Shown piece after piece: positions 19,242 to 29,792 of a DNA stretch of 64,000 bases. Positions within the stretch are counted from its first letter, which is position 1. The number at the start of each line of letters is the position of its first letter. The position numbers and the translations under genes were made by a program. The stretch spans positions 550 to 64,549 of the forward strand of contig JBPCVV010000118.1 in NCBI GenBank assembly GCA_051010195.1, written 5' to 3'. The DNA is from Anderseniella sp. (lineage in GTDB: Bacteria > Pseudomonadota > Alphaproteobacteria > Rhizobiales > Aestuariivirgaceae). A model generated the notes under the pieces. That model made no database searches. It was not told the origin of the DNA and was given only the letters and a program-made list of their open reading frames with translations.

Positions 19242-20729
19242 TCATTTTTCATAGTGTCTGGCCACCAGGCGGTCGAGCAGCCGCACCCCCCAGCCAGACC
19301 CCCAGGACTGGTTGATTGGAGATTTTGGAGCATCCATGGCCGTGCCGGCCACGTCCAGGTGCGCCCATGGCACGTCATTCACAAAACGCTGCAGAAATTG
19401 TCCGGCGGTAATGGAACCCGCCATTCTGCCGCCGATGTTCTTCATGTCGGCAATGTCTGAGTCGATCAACTTGTCGTACTCTGTCGCCAGCGGCATGCGC
19501 CAGACCCGTTCGCGCGTATCATTCCCGGCACCGGCGAGTTGTTCCGACAATTTGTCGTCATTGGAAAACAGGCCGGCGTGCTCCTTGCCAAGGGCAACCA
19601 ATATGGCGCCTGTCAAGGTTGCGAGATTGACCATGAATTTAGGCTTGAAACGATCCTGTGTATACCAGAGTGCGTCTGCCAGAACGAGGCGGCCTTCGGC
19701 GTCGGTGTTGAGAACCGCAATGGTCTGCTGGGACATGGATGTGACCACGTCGCCGGGGCGCTGGGCGTTTCCGTCCGGCATGTTTTCCACCAGGCCGACA
19801 ATGCCGACAGCATTGACCTTGGCCTTGCGCTTGGCAAGAGCCGCCATCAGGCCCGTAACACAGGCAGCGCCGCCCATATCGCCTTTCATGTCTTCCATGC
19901 CGCCCGATGGTTTAATGGAAATGCCGCCGGTATCAAAGGTTACGCCCTTGCCGACGAACGCCACCGGCTGGTCGCCTTTCTTGCCGCCGTCCCAGCGCAT
20001 GATGCACAGCCTCGGCTTGCGCCGGGACCCTTGCGCAACGCCGAGCAGCGCGCCCATGCCGAGCTTGCCCATCTGCTTTTCATCGAGCACTTCGATGGCC
20101 AGTCCGTGTTTTGATAGTTTCTTGATTTCGCTGGCAAAACTTTCCGGATGAAGAATGTTTGCCGGCTCGTTTACCAGATCTCTCGCAAGGTGAACGCCGG
20201 TGGCGACCGCATCCAGCGCGCCATATCGGGTTTTCGCCCCAGCAACTGAAGCGGTCAGGATTTTCACATTTGCAAGATGCTTTGTTTTCAACGGCTTCGA
20301 CTTGTACTTGGTGAAACTGTAGGTGCGTAACCGGATGCCCGAAGCAAGCCTGGCCGACACCGCAGCCGCCTCCATGATGTCCGATTTGCCCGGAAGCATG
20401 GCCGACACCGTCAAACCGGCTGCCTGAATCTTGCCGGCGGCGGCGGCAATTGCACCGCCCAGATATTCGACGCCGGCTTCGTCCAGTTCACCGGTTTTGC
20501 CGACTCCCAAGACAATGACACGCTCAGGTCCCGACCCCTTTGACAGGATGACATCGAGGGTCTTTTCTCGTTCTGCCTTGAAGTCAGCGACTTTCATGGC
20601 GTTGCTGATTGCACCGTCCACGGACTTGTCAATTTCAGTGCCGTCATCGGACAATTTTCCGCCCTCGGCAGCCAGAACAACTGCAATACCTGATTTTGGG
20701 GCGGAAAAACTGGAAAAACTGATTTTCAT
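19242..20729 (-). CDS. pepA: Leucyl aminopeptidase (M17)
   Basis: [42 protein letters not shown]. Confidence 0.96.
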   Translation of the reverse strand: MKISFSSFSAPKSGIAVVLAAEGGKLSDDGTEIDKSVDGAISNAMKVADFKAEREKTLDVILSKGSGPERVIVLGVGKTGELDEAGVEYLGGAIAAAAGKIQAAGLTVSAMLPGKSDIMEAAAVSARLASGIRLRTYSFTKYKSKPLKTKHLANVKILTASVAGAKTRYGALDAVATGVHLARDLVNEPANILHPESFASEIKKLSKHGLAIEVLDEKQMGKLGMGALLGVAQGSRRKPRLCIMRWDGGKKGDQPVAFVGKGVTFDTGGISIKPSGGMEDMKGDMGGAACVTGLMAALAKRKAKVNAVGIVGLVENMPDGNAQRPGDVVTSMSQQTIAVLNTDAEGRLVLADALWYTQDRFKPKFMVNLATLTGAILVALGKEHAGLFSNDDKLSEQLAGAGNDTRERVWRMPLATEYDKLIDSDIADMKNIGGRMAGSITAGQFLQRFVNDVPWAHLDVAGTAMDAPKSPINQSWGSGWGVRLLDRLVARHYEK

Positions 20730-21215
20730 TGGAGAATCCTGTTAACGGGAAGGAAGGTGTGTGAAAGTCGGGCGGAGCCTTGCTTTACGGCAATTAGTAA
20801 CCGCCAGTTTTGGCGCTGGCAATGCCTGCCGTGCAGGTTGAGTGTGCCAGACCTGACAACGAGTTCACCATGTGTTTACCAGATTGCGGCAGGGGACCGA
20901 ATCAAGGCGGGAAATTTACGAATAAACTACTGTCAAGCCCTTCTCATTGCAGGGCAAAACAGGTTAAAAGTTGAAGTGTGTACCGATTTCGAGTGCGTGG
21001 GCTTCAGCTTGCGCGGGCTTGGTATGGTTTTCGCACCTGGTCTTTGGGACGATCGGGTCTGCCGGAAGTGGGGAAACAGCCGGAGGATAGCGCAGTGAAC
21101 GGCAAGCGGGATACAGGGGAATAACGGGATAGCACAACTGCCCAGATATGGTTCTGCGGAACGGGTCTCCTACGCGCGCGCGTGTGTAAGCGCGATCGCG
21201 CGAGTCGCGGCCGCG

Positions 21216-23495
21216 ATGGCGTTGATCAGTGTTCTGGTGATCGGCAGTCTGGGCGTATCGGCAATCTCAGTGCAGGCACAGTCGGTCACGAGCGGCAAGT
21301 CGGACTTTTCGCAACTGCCCCGCACCCCCCGCAAGACGCCGCCGAAAGGTACGCGCGTCGATGTGGATGCCGATCAGATCGTGTTCGATGAACGCACCGG
21401 AGAAGCAATCGCGACAGGCGATGTGGTTCTGACCTATGGCAACTACATTCTCATCGCCCGCCGGGTAACCTACAACCGGCGTACCGATACCATGCGCGCC
21501 GAGGGTGAAATCAGGATGCGCGAACCGGGCGGCAACATTCTCGAAGCTGATATTCTGCAATTGCAGAACCGGTTCCGCGACGGATTTGCCGAGCATCTGC
21601 GGCTACTGCTGACCAATGAAGCGATCATGACTGCCAACTACGCCAAGCGGCGCGATGGCTATCTGACAACCTATCAACGTACGACCTATACTCGCTGCAG
21701 AAGTTGCGTGACTGAGGACGGTACGCCGGCATGGCAACTGGTGGCCAGCGAATCCGTTCATGATGAGCGTGAAGGCGTAATCGAGCATACGAATGCCAGG
21801 CTGGAAGTTCTGGGCCTGCCGGTGTTCTACTGGCCCTATCTCTCACACGCCGATCCCACGGTGAAGCGGAAATCCGGCCTTCTTATCCCACGTTTCAGCC
21901 ATTCCACGGTTTTCGGCTATGGCTATGAGCAACCCTATTTCTGGGCCATCGCACCCAATGTCGACCTGACACTTCTGCCGAAGTTCACGACAAAGCAAGG
22001 GCCTTTGCTGGGAGCGGAGTTCCGGCACCGACTTGCCAAGGGTGAGTACTACGTGGACGGTGTCGGCGTTTATCAGTTTGAGCCGGACGATCTACCCGCA
22101 CCGGGCAATAAACGCTGGCGCGGCTGGGTTCGGACCGAAGGTAAGTTTGCCATAAACAGACGCTGGAAGTGGGGTTGGGACGGCACCATCGTGTCCGATG
22201 ACACATTTGGCCGCGAATACGATTTTGACGAACGTACAGAGATAGCCAATTTCATTTATCTGGACGGGATCCACGATCGCAATTATGCGACGATACGAGC
22301 TTATCATTTCCAGGGCCTGCTGCAAGACGACAACCAGGCTACCTTTCCGACAGCGGCCCCCTACTTCCGGCATGATTACACGTTCGACTTTCCTGTGCTG
22401 GGCGGTGAACTGGGTCTGAACACGGACATCTACAGTGTCTTTCGGGACAGTTCATTCGTCGCCTACGATACCAACCCGCAGACCCTTGACGTGGTGCAGG
22501 GCACACGCCAGTTGCGGGCAACAACCCAGCTTCACTGGCGCAAGGAGATCGTGACGGACCCTGGAGTGATCGTAACGCCGTTTGGGCGCGTGCGGGCAGA
22601 TTTACTGTTGTCAAACGGCGTGCCTGAACAGGAGGTTGTCAATCCGGATCCCGCTCCCACCCTCGGTGAAGAAGTGGATAGTCGCATTCTGCCATCGGGC
22701 GGTGTCGATGTTCGCATGCCGCTGTTGAAGGTGGACGATATGGGTACGCATGTACTCACCCCTATCGCACAGATCATTTCTTCCAGGGGCGAAGGCGATA
22801 TTTCCGAATGGGGTAATGAAGATGCGATCTCGCTGAACTACGCAACAACAAACCTTTTCCTGGAAAACCGTTTCACGGGCAATGACCGCTATGAAGGCGG
22901 TACCCGTGTAAATGCGGGCTTCCTGTACACGCTCGGCTTCGCGAACGGCGGTTCCATCAATGCCAGTTTGGGGCAGTCCTACCACATTGCCGGACAAAAC
23001 AGCTTTGTCACGGGCTCCGGCCTGGAAGAAACGGTTTCAGATCTGGTTGCCGCTGTCTGGCTGCAACCTAACGAGCACTACAAGTTCAGTTACCAGGCCC
23101 GCTTCGAAGAAGACAACCTGTCAATCCGCGAACAGGATGTGGGCATAGCCGCCACCTTCTCACGCCTTAAAACTGCCCTGAATTACGTGAAAGTGGATGA
23201 GGCAGTGGCCTACGGTCGCCCAGACGATCTGCAGCAAATCTGGGGATCGGCCGAACTGGACATCGGGCGGGGTGTGAGTGTCTTTGGCGGTGGTCGGTAT
23301 GATATCCTCGAAGACAAATTCATCGATCGCCATGTTGGTCTCGGCTTCAATTGTGACTGCGCCAAAGTCAGGTTCCGGTACAAGGAAGAGTTCCTGACCG
23401 ACCGCAATCTTGTGAGGGAGCGTTCGTTCCTTCTCGATGTTGAACTGGTTACGCTTGGCAGCACCTCCATCGGAACGAGTCTGTCAGGTGAGTGA
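21216..23495 (+). CDS. lptD: LPS assembly outer-membrane protein LptD
   Basis: N-terminal OstA-like domain (ATGDVVLTY, YTRCRSC), RFTGNDRYEGGTRVN, C-terminal beta-barrel; conserved synteny with surA-pdxA-rsmA. Confidence 0.93.
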   Translation: MALISVLVIGSLGVSAISVQAQSVTSGKSDFSQLPRTPRKTPPKGTRVDVDADQIVFDERTGEAIATGDVVLTYGNYILIARRVTYNRRTDTMRAEGEIRMREPGGNILEADILQLQNRFRDGFAEHLRLLLTNEAIMTANYAKRRDGYLTTYQRTTYTRCRSCVTEDGTPAWQLVASESVHDEREGVIEHTNARLEVLGLPVFYWPYLSHADPTVKRKSGLLIPRFSHSTVFGYGYEQPYFWAIAPNVDLTLLPKFTTKQGPLLGAEFRHRLAKGEYYVDGVGVYQFEPDDLPAPGNKRWRGWVRTEGKFAINRRWKWGWDGTIVSDDTFGREYDFDERTEIANFIYLDGIHDRNYATIRAYHFQGLLQDDNQATFPTAAPYFRHDYTFDFPVLGGELGLNTDIYSVFRDSSFVAYDTNPQTLDVVQGTRQLRATTQLHWRKEIVTDPGVIVTPFGRVRADLLLSNGVPEQEVVNPDPAPTLGEEVDSRILPSGGVDVRMPLLKVDDMGTHVLTPIAQIISSRGEGDISEWGNEDAISLNYATTNLFLENRFTGNDRYEGGTRVNAGFLYTLGFANGGSINASLGQSYHIAGQNSFVTGSGLEETVSDLVAAVWLQPNEHYKFSYQARFEEDNLSIREQDVGIAATFSRLKTALNYVKVDEAVAYGRPDDLQQIWGSAELDIGRGVSVFGGGRYDILEDKFIDRHVGLGFNCDCAKVRFRYKEEFLTDRNLVRERSFLLDVELVTLGSTSIGTSLSGE

Positions 23496-23510
23496 AGAAC
23501 AGGTGGAACT

Positions 23511-24689
23511 ATGAAAACGCTGCGGCCGACCGGCCCTGCAAAATCAATCCGGACAGCCGGCACGTTGGCGGCTGTCGTTCTGTTGCTCGCAGGTTGCGGC
23601 AAGCAGATTGATCTGTACGACTACTTCGACGACGACAAGCCAGCCGCCACCCCGTCGGCAAACGCCACTGTGCCCGGACAGAATACCGGTGGCGCACAGC
23701 CGGCCAATGCACTTGTCAACAATTCCACGCTTGGTGCCACTGACGCCGCATTGGCCAATGCGCGACCGTCAAACGGTATAGAAAAGGTCAGCCTGAAAGA
23801 CGCTCAAGGCGTCGCAGTCACTGTCGATGATCTTCCCGTCACCAACTTCGACATCTCTCAGCGGATCAATCTGGAGAATGCGCTGGGTGGCAGGCTCAAA
23901 GCTGACTTTGCAACACGAAAACGCGTTCTTGGCACGCTGGTCAATGAGAAGGTGGCGAAATCAAAAGCGGGTAAGGTGAACTTCAAGATTGACAACAGGG
24001 ATCTGGACAAGCGGTTGAACAGTATGGTCAAGCGCATGGAACTGACCCGCGAAGGCTTGAGAAAGCGTCTTGGAGAAAAAGGCGTAAACGAAACAACTCT
24101 CAAAGACCAGATTGAAGGAACCTTGTATATTCGCTGGGTCATGTCGCAACAACAGACTGATACCAAGGTAGAGGTCGACGAGGCGGCCGTGGATGCGAAA
24201 TACAACGAAATCATTTCCGATCCGCGCCTGCAGCCTATCTCCGTTGTGTCGCTGCAGCAGGTTGACCTGCCGATAGAGAAAACAACCGAGGCTATCCGTC
24301 AACAGCTTCTGTATGCCCGCAGCGTTGAAGCCCAGCAGATCATGCAGCGTTACAAGGGTTGCAAATCGTTAAGGACGGCCAGCAAGGATGTATTCAACGT
24401 CAAAGTGGGTAAACTCGTTGAAGCGGATCTCGGCAAACTGCCAAAACAGCTGCAAGATGCGCTGCGCAAGGCAGGTACCCGAAAAATGATCGGTCCGATC
24501 CGCGGACCGTCAAGCATTCGACTGATCGCAAACTGTGGCATACGGAAAATTACTCCGCCACAACCAAGCCGCGAGCAGGTCAAGGCTTCGCTTCGTAATG
24601 AGCGGTTCGAAGCCGTGATACAACAGGCGATGGCCGAGGCCCGCAAAGACAGCTTCATTGACTACAAGGATCCGACGCTCAGACCATAG
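23511..24689 (+). CDS. surA: SurA-like periplasmic chaperone/PPIase with an N-terminal lipobox
   Basis: AVTVDDLPVTNFDISQR SurA N-domain, degenerate parvulin domain, C-terminal ARKDSFIDY; LLLAGC lipobox; synteny. Confidence 0.8.
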   Translation: MKTLRPTGPAKSIRTAGTLAAVVLLLAGCGKQIDLYDYFDDDKPAATPSANATVPGQNTGGAQPANALVNNSTLGATDAALANARPSNGIEKVSLKDAQGVAVTVDDLPVTNFDISQRINLENALGGRLKADFATRKRVLGTLVNEKVAKSKAGKVNFKIDNRDLDKRLNSMVKRMELTREGLRKRLGEKGVNETTLKDQIEGTLYIRWVMSQQQTDTKVEVDEAAVDAKYNEIISDPRLQPISVVSLQQVDLPIEKTTEAIRQQLLYARSVEAQQIMQRYKGCKSLRTASKDVFNVKVGKLVEADLGKLPKQLQDALRKAGTRKMIGPIRGPSSIRLIANCGIRKITPPQPSREQVKASLRNERFEAVIQQAMAEARKDSFIDYKDPTLRP

Positions 24690-24739
24690 GGACCAAACCC
24701 TGCGCTCTGGAACCGGGCCCTAGAGCCTTCCATCTAAGG

Positions 24740-25816
24740 GTGAAAAGCTTCAGAACGGCAATGATGAACCAAACCTCACCCCTACCCCTGATCGTAACGA
24801 TGGGCGAGCCGGCTGGTATCGGTGCGGACATAATACTATCCAGCTATCAGCAATCGGCAGATCATTCATTATCGGCGTTCGGTGTGATCGGGTGTGCAAA
24901 CACGCTTAGCCGCCGTGCGCAGTTGATCGGACATGCGGCGGTTGAAGTCATCCCGATTTCCCGGGCTTCGCAGATCCAGGATGCTTTTGGACGCGGCTTG
25001 CCTGTGCTTGACCTTGCCCTGCAACATGAACCGCAGGCAGGAGCGCCGTCGTCACATTCTGCCAGGCAGGTTGTCAAGTGGGTGGACACGGCGGCAGAGC
25101 TGGCGCTTGCCGGCGAGGTGTCAGCGATTGTAACCGGCCCAATACACAAGGAAACACTTTACCAGGCAGGTTTCAAACACGAAGGCCATACTGATTATCT
25201 GGCGCATCTTGCTGTTGCGGCAGGCCAGGCCGCGGAGCCGGTTATGATGCTGTCGGCCGGCGATTTCCGCACAATCCCGCTCAGCGTACACATCCCTCTT
25301 GCACAGGCACCAATGGCGGTGACACAGGCAGCCATCGTAGCCCAGGCCCAGATCATAGATCGCGACCTGAAGCGTTACTTTGAAATCGAGCAACCACGCA
25401 TCGCAGTAGCAGGACTGAATCCGCATGCCGGCGAAAACGGCACTATCGGCCTTGAAGACAGGGACATCATCGCACCGGCCGTCCAGACGCTCAAGCGAAG
25501 CGGAACAACCGCCTTCGGTCCGGTATCGGCCGACACATTGTTTCACGAACAGGCCCGCACAACCTATGATGCGGCTTTGTGTATGTACCATGACCAGGCA
25601 CTGATACCGGTCAAGGCCATCGGCTTTCATGAAGGTATCAACACGACATTGGGCCTGCCATTCATCCGCACATCCCCCGACCACGGCACCGCCCTGGAAC
25701 TGGCAGGCACCGGCGAGGCCAACCCGTCCAGTTTCATTGCCGCGCTGATGCAGGCTGAACGCATGGCCAGGGCAACGCCGGTGGTGCGCGATCTCGCCGC
25801 ATCGCATACCTCATGA
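24740..25816 (+). CDS. pdxA: 4-hydroxythreonine-4-phosphate dehydrogenase
   Basis: [44 protein letters not shown]. Confidence 0.96.
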   Translation: MKSFRTAMMNQTSPLPLIVTMGEPAGIGADIILSSYQQSADHSLSAFGVIGCANTLSRRAQLIGHAAVEVIPISRASQIQDAFGRGLPVLDLALQHEPQAGAPSSHSARQVVKWVDTAAELALAGEVSAIVTGPIHKETLYQAGFKHEGHTDYLAHLAVAAGQAAEPVMMLSAGDFRTIPLSVHIPLAQAPMAVTQAAIVAQAQIIDRDLKRYFEIEQPRIAVAGLNPHAGENGTIGLEDRDIIAPAVQTLKRSGTTAFGPVSADTLFHEQARTTYDAALCMYHDQALIPVKAIGFHEGINTTLGLPFIRTSPDHGTALELAGTGEANPSSFIAALMQAERMARATPVVRDLAASHTS

Positions 25817-26661
25817 GCGAAACTGCAGATGACGACCTGCCGCGCCTCAGCGAGGTTATCGATCGTTTCGGATTGTCAGCCAGAAAAAGCCTCGGCCAGA
25901 ACTTCCTGCTTGACCTCAATCTGACCCGGCGAATTGCCAGGACTGCCGGGCCCCTTGAAGGTTTCACGGTAATAGAGGTCGGGCCCGGACCCGGCGGTCT
26001 GACCAGAGCCTTGCTCATGGAAGGTGCCGACAGGGTCATCGCTGTTGAACGGGATGAGCGCGCCTTGCCAGCATTGGCTGAGATCTCAGCTGCCCGGCCG
26101 GGGCAACTGACAGTGATCAACGATGATGCACTGAAAACGGACTGGCGGACACTTGCCGGGAGTGGCCCGGTCAAGATTGTCGCCAACCTGCCCTACAATA
26201 TAGCCACGCCGCTACTGACGGGCTGGCTGACCAAACATCCATGGCCACCGTTCTGGTCGTCCCTGACCCTGATGTTCCAAAAGGAGGTGGCCCATCGCAT
26301 TTGCGCTAATGTGGGGGATAGTGCCTATGGTCGCCTGTCGGTGATTTCGCAATGGCGCAGTGACCCGATTAAGATGTTCGATGTTTCGCCGAAGGCATTC
26401 ACGCCACCACCCAAGGTTACTTCATCGATTGTACACATTACGCCGCGGGCCGAGCCGCTGGTTGATTGCGATGTGGCCGTGCTGGAACGGGTAACGGCAG
26501 CGGCATTCGGCCAACGGCGCAAAATGCTGCGCTCCAGTCTGAAGGCGTTGGGCGGTGATCCCGCGGCCCTGATTGCGCAGGCCGGCCTGCAAGAAACCAT
26601 GCGGGCTGAAGAGGTTGATGCTGCAGGCTTCTGCAAACTGGCCAAAGCCGCTTCCGGCTGA
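25813..26661 (+). CDS. rsmA: 16S rRNA m6,2A dimethyltransferase
   Basis: [34 protein letters not shown]. Confidence 0.96.
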   Translation: MSETADDDLPRLSEVIDRFGLSARKSLGQNFLLDLNLTRRIARTAGPLEGFTVIEVGPGPGGLTRALLMEGADRVIAVERDERALPALAEISAARPGQLTVINDDALKTDWRTLAGSGPVKIVANLPYNIATPLLTGWLTKHPWPPFWSSLTLMFQKEVAHRICANVGDSAYGRLSVISQWRSDPIKMFDVSPKAFTPPPKVTSSIVHITPRAEPLVDCDVAVLERVTAAAFGQRRKMLRSSLKALGGDPAALIAQAGLQETMRAEEVDAAGFCKLAKAASG

Positions 26662-26700
26662 CCAAGCAGTTGCTTTAGCCGAGACCTCGGCGAGCAGGCG

Positions 26701-27351
26701 TCACAAGTGTTTTCTGAGGCGCTTCACAAACGTATCCAGGCCGACGCGGCGATGCCGGCGCAAGCGCTCGGCGTCGAGGATCGAACTGATTGCGCGATCG
26801 CACCGGTCGAGATCATCGTTGATCAGCACATAATCGTATTCTGCCCAATGACTGATTTCATTGGACGCTTCCGCCATGCGTTTTGCCACCACGGCTGCGG
26901 TGTCCTGTGCCCGGCGAATCAGTCGTTCGCGCAACTCCTCAGCAGAGGGCGGCAGAATAAACACCCGGACAAGATCATCGGTCATGCGCGCATGTATCTG
27001 CTGCGTACCCTGCCAATCGATGTCGAACAGCACATCCTTGCCGTCTGCCAGCCAGTCCTGAACCGGTTTGATGGGAGTACCATAGCCATTGCCGAATACT
27101 TCTGCGTACTCCAGCAACTCGCCGTCTTTCACCATGTCGTCAAACTGTGCGCGCGAAATGAAATGATAGTCCTTGCCATCTGTTTCTCCCGGCCGCGGTT
27201 CGCGTGTTGTCACGGATACCGACATGACCATGTCAGGTTCGCGCTGCAGCAGTTTCCTGGACAAAGTAGTCTTGCCGGCACCGGATGGTGACGACAGCAC
27301 GAACAGCAGGCCGCGCCGGGCTATGTCGGATGAAGTGGCCGGACTACTCAA
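26701..27351 (-). CDS. gmk: Guanylate kinase
   Basis: SSPSGAGKTT, SVTTREPRPGETDGKDYHF, DIDWQG. Confidence 0.96.
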   Translation of the reverse strand: MSSPATSSDIARRGLLFVLSSPSGAGKTTLSRKLLQREPDMVMSVSVTTREPRPGETDGKDYHFISRAQFDDMVKDGELLEYAEVFGNGYGTPIKPVQDWLADGKDVLFDIDWQGTQQIHARMTDDLVRVFILPPSAEELRERLIRRAQDTAAVVAKRMAEASNEISHWAEYDYVLINDDLDRCDRAISSILDAERLRRHRRVGLDTFVKRLRKHL

Positions 27352-28234
27352 TGTTCTGTACCTGCTCGCGGAGTTGATCGATCACGGTTTTCAGCTCAAG
27401 TCCGATGTGCGTGAGCGACGTGTCGGTGGACTTTGAACACAAGGTGTTGGCTTCACGGTTGAACTCCTGGGCCAGGAAATCGAACTTGCGGCCGACCGGG
27501 CCATCACCTGAACTGAGCAGTTCCCGCCCCGCCGCAACATGGGCCACCAGGCGATCCAGTTCTTCCTGGATATCAGCTTTCGCAGCTGCCAGCATGGCTT
27601 CCTGGTGCAATCGTTCAGGCTCCATTGATGAAGTGGTTCCGACGATCCGTTCAATAGCTGCAGCCAGACGTTCCTGAATCGCGTCCGGCGAGCGGGACGG
27701 GTTCGCTATGGCCTGTGCCGTCAATTCTTCGATGCTGTCCAGTTGACCGGAAACAATTGTCGCGAGACGCTCTCCCTCGGCCAGGCGATTTGCAGCAAGC
27801 GCCCTAATCGCCTCATCAGCGGCTTCGATCAGTGCCTTGTCGCGGGCTTCCAGGGCGTCTTCGTCCGGGTCTTCACCGGCATACTCGATCACGCCGCGCA
27901 TCGCCAAAATGGCATCGGTGGACGCCGGCACTCCGGCGTTTGCCTTTTCCACCGTGCGCACCGCGTCGATGGCAGCAGCAAGCGCATCGGCGTTCACCCT
28001 TATGCTGGAGACCGCTTCGTCCTTCTCAAGGTGAAGGGATACCTGCACATTGCTTCGCTTGAGGTACTTTGCGGCGCTGGCCCGAATGGCCTGCTCCACC
28101 GTTTCCGTGCCGGTTGGCAGCCGCAACCGGACATCCAGCGATTTGCCGTTCACCGACCGCATTTCCCAATGGAATGTCCACGGACCGGAACTTCCCTCGC
28201 CACGGCCGAAACCGGTCATGCTGGAAATAGTCAT
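27344..28234 (-). CDS. YicC/YloC family endoribonuclease
   Basis: SMTGFGR, RSVNGK, DIQEELDRL, GRKFDFLAQEFNREANT, EQVQNIE. Confidence 0.93.
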   Translation of the reverse strand: MTISSMTGFGRGEGSSGPWTFHWEMRSVNGKSLDVRLRLPTGTETVEQAIRASAAKYLKRSNVQVSLHLEKDEAVSSIRVNADALAAAIDAVRTVEKANAGVPASTDAILAMRGVIEYAGEDPDEDALEARDKALIEAADEAIRALAANRLAEGERLATIVSGQLDSIEELTAQAIANPSRSPDAIQERLAAAIERIVGTTSSMEPERLHQEAMLAAAKADIQEELDRLVAHVAAGRELLSSGDGPVGRKFDFLAQEFNREANTLCSKSTDTSLTHIGLELKTVIDQLREQVQNIE

Positions 28235-28352
28235 GTCAATTCGCCCCTTGCGCCGGCTTGGCTACCGTCAAAGCATTGATGCCGGTCCACCAAGAATCAC
28301 TCCCCTGTTCCAGTCTACCGGCAGCCCGCCCGTTATGCCATGCAGGGACACT

Positions 28353-29636
28353 TCACTGGCGTTGCGGTTTATTCTTGGGAATGGGCACGCTGCGCCCTGC
28401 GACCTCTACGACACGGGTAACCGATGATTGTCGCTGCTCAGCAGCCGGCTGGGCCGGAGCCGGAACAGACGCTGCAGAGCTTTCAGAGGCCTCGCCTTCT
28501 GTTTCCTGTGCCGCAGCGGCGGGTTCATCTTCGGCGGCGGGAGGAGTTGTGGCCTCCTCGGTCGTGGCGGCTTGGTCTTCAGCGGTCGTGGCGGCTTGGT
28601 CTTCAGCTTCCTGCTGTTCACGTTGATCACGAAGCCAGCTGCGCCATGTTTTCACATTGGCATTGTGCTCTGTCAGGGTCTTTGCAAACACATGTCCGCC
28701 AGTGCCATCCGCGACAAAATACAAATGCTTTGTCTCTACCGGATTGAGAACCGCTTCAATGGATTCCCGACCGGGATTGGCAATGGGTGTCGGCGGCAAG
28801 CCATCTATCTGATAGGTGTTGTAGTCGGTCTTCTCGCGGATATCACTGCGCCTGATGGGCCGGTCTAGCTTTCCCTGTCCCTTGGTGATTCCGTAGATAA
28901 TGGTCGGATCAGATTGCAGCCGCATGCCGCGTCTCATCCGGTTCACAAAGACTGCGGCCACCTGGGCCCGCTCGTCGGGCTGGCCGGTTTCCTTTTCCAC
29001 AATGGATGCCAGTATGAGCGCCTCCTCCGGCGTCTTGAACGGTAGTCCTTCGGCACGTGCCGGCCATTTTTCCTCGATGAACTTCTTCTGCGCCGAGCTC
29101 ATCTGGTCGATAATTGACTGGCGCGTGCTGCCGCGGGTGAACAGGTAAGTGTCGGGGAGCAGCTCGCCTTCCAATGGTGGATTGTCAATCTCACCGACAA
29201 GCACTTCGTTGGCTTTGAGCCGCTCCATCACCTGCCAGGAGGTGAACCCCTCGGGCATGGAGACCTTGTAGAACAGGGTTCGTCCGGATTTGATCTTGCG
29301 CAGCACATCGATAAGGGAGCTGCCAGCTGTAAACTCGTACTCACCTGCCTTGGGGTCGACATCGAATGCCAGGCGAACGGCTGTTATGCCGAGCATTGTC
29401 ACGATGCTGCTGTCGACTACGCCCTCTTCGTTCAACCTGACTGCAATGTCGACGGTTGAGCTGCCCTTTGGGATGTTCACGATCTTGTTCTTGGCCAGGG
29501 GACCTTCAATGGAGGCAAAAAACCACAGCAAACCGCCAGTCAGGGTGCCCACGAAAGCCAGGGCAAACATCCACCGTATCAACCTGCTAAACAGGCCCCT
29601 GCGAGGTTTCGACTTGCGGTTGGGTAACGCTCTCAT
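28353..29636 (-). CDS. mltG: Endolytic transglycosylase MltG with a low-complexity C-terminal tail
   Basis: EGELLPDTY, LILASIVEKET, LQSDPTIIYG, YNTYQIDGLPPTPIANPG. Confidence 0.94.
   Translation of the reverse strand: MRALPNRKSKPRRGLFSRLIRWMFALAFVGTLTGGLLWFFASIEGPLAKNKIVNIPKGSSTVDIAVRLNEEGVVDSSIVTMLGITAVRLAFDVDPKAGEYEFTAGSSLIDVLRKIKSGRTLFYKVSMPEGFTSWQVMERLKANEVLVGEIDNPPLEGELLPDTYLFTRGSTRQSIIDQMSSAQKKFIEEKWPARAEGLPFKTPEEALILASIVEKETGQPDERAQVAAVFVNRMRRGMRLQSDPTIIYGITKGQGKLDRPIRRSDIREKTDYNTYQIDGLPPTPIANPGRESIEAVLNPVETKHLYFVADGTGGHVFAKTLTEHNANVKTWRSWLRDQREQQEAEDQAATTAEDQAATTEEATTPPAAEDEPAAAAQETEGEASESSAASVPAPAQPAAEQRQSSVTRVVEVAGRSVPIPKNKPQRQ
28560..28607. repeat. Perfect 24-bp tandem repeat x2 inside mltG (encodes AEDQAATT)
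   Basis: GGTCGTGGCGGCTTGGTCTTCAGC at 28560-28583 and 28584-28607. Confidence 0.95.
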
Positions 29637-29792
29637 TCAGGTCTGCATTCCTGTGTGTGCTTTGAAGCAATCCGACGCAGATGATACCGCGAGGATGCCC
29701 CGACAAATCGGCATTGATCAGATTGAAACAGACCGGGAAATCAGCTGTCCCTCAATCCTGACCCCGCTCCCGAACTGCCCGGATGCGGGACC

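Noticed and set aside
20757-21098. 113-aa ORF in the pepA-lptD gap as a possible lptF/G remnant
   Set aside because: No TM pattern or LptF/G motifs; the composition looks non-coding.
24690-24730. Short CTAG-containing hairpins (also 16436-16453) as a possible REP/MITE family
   Set aside because: The copies share little beyond CTAG and cannot be aligned into a repeat family by eye.
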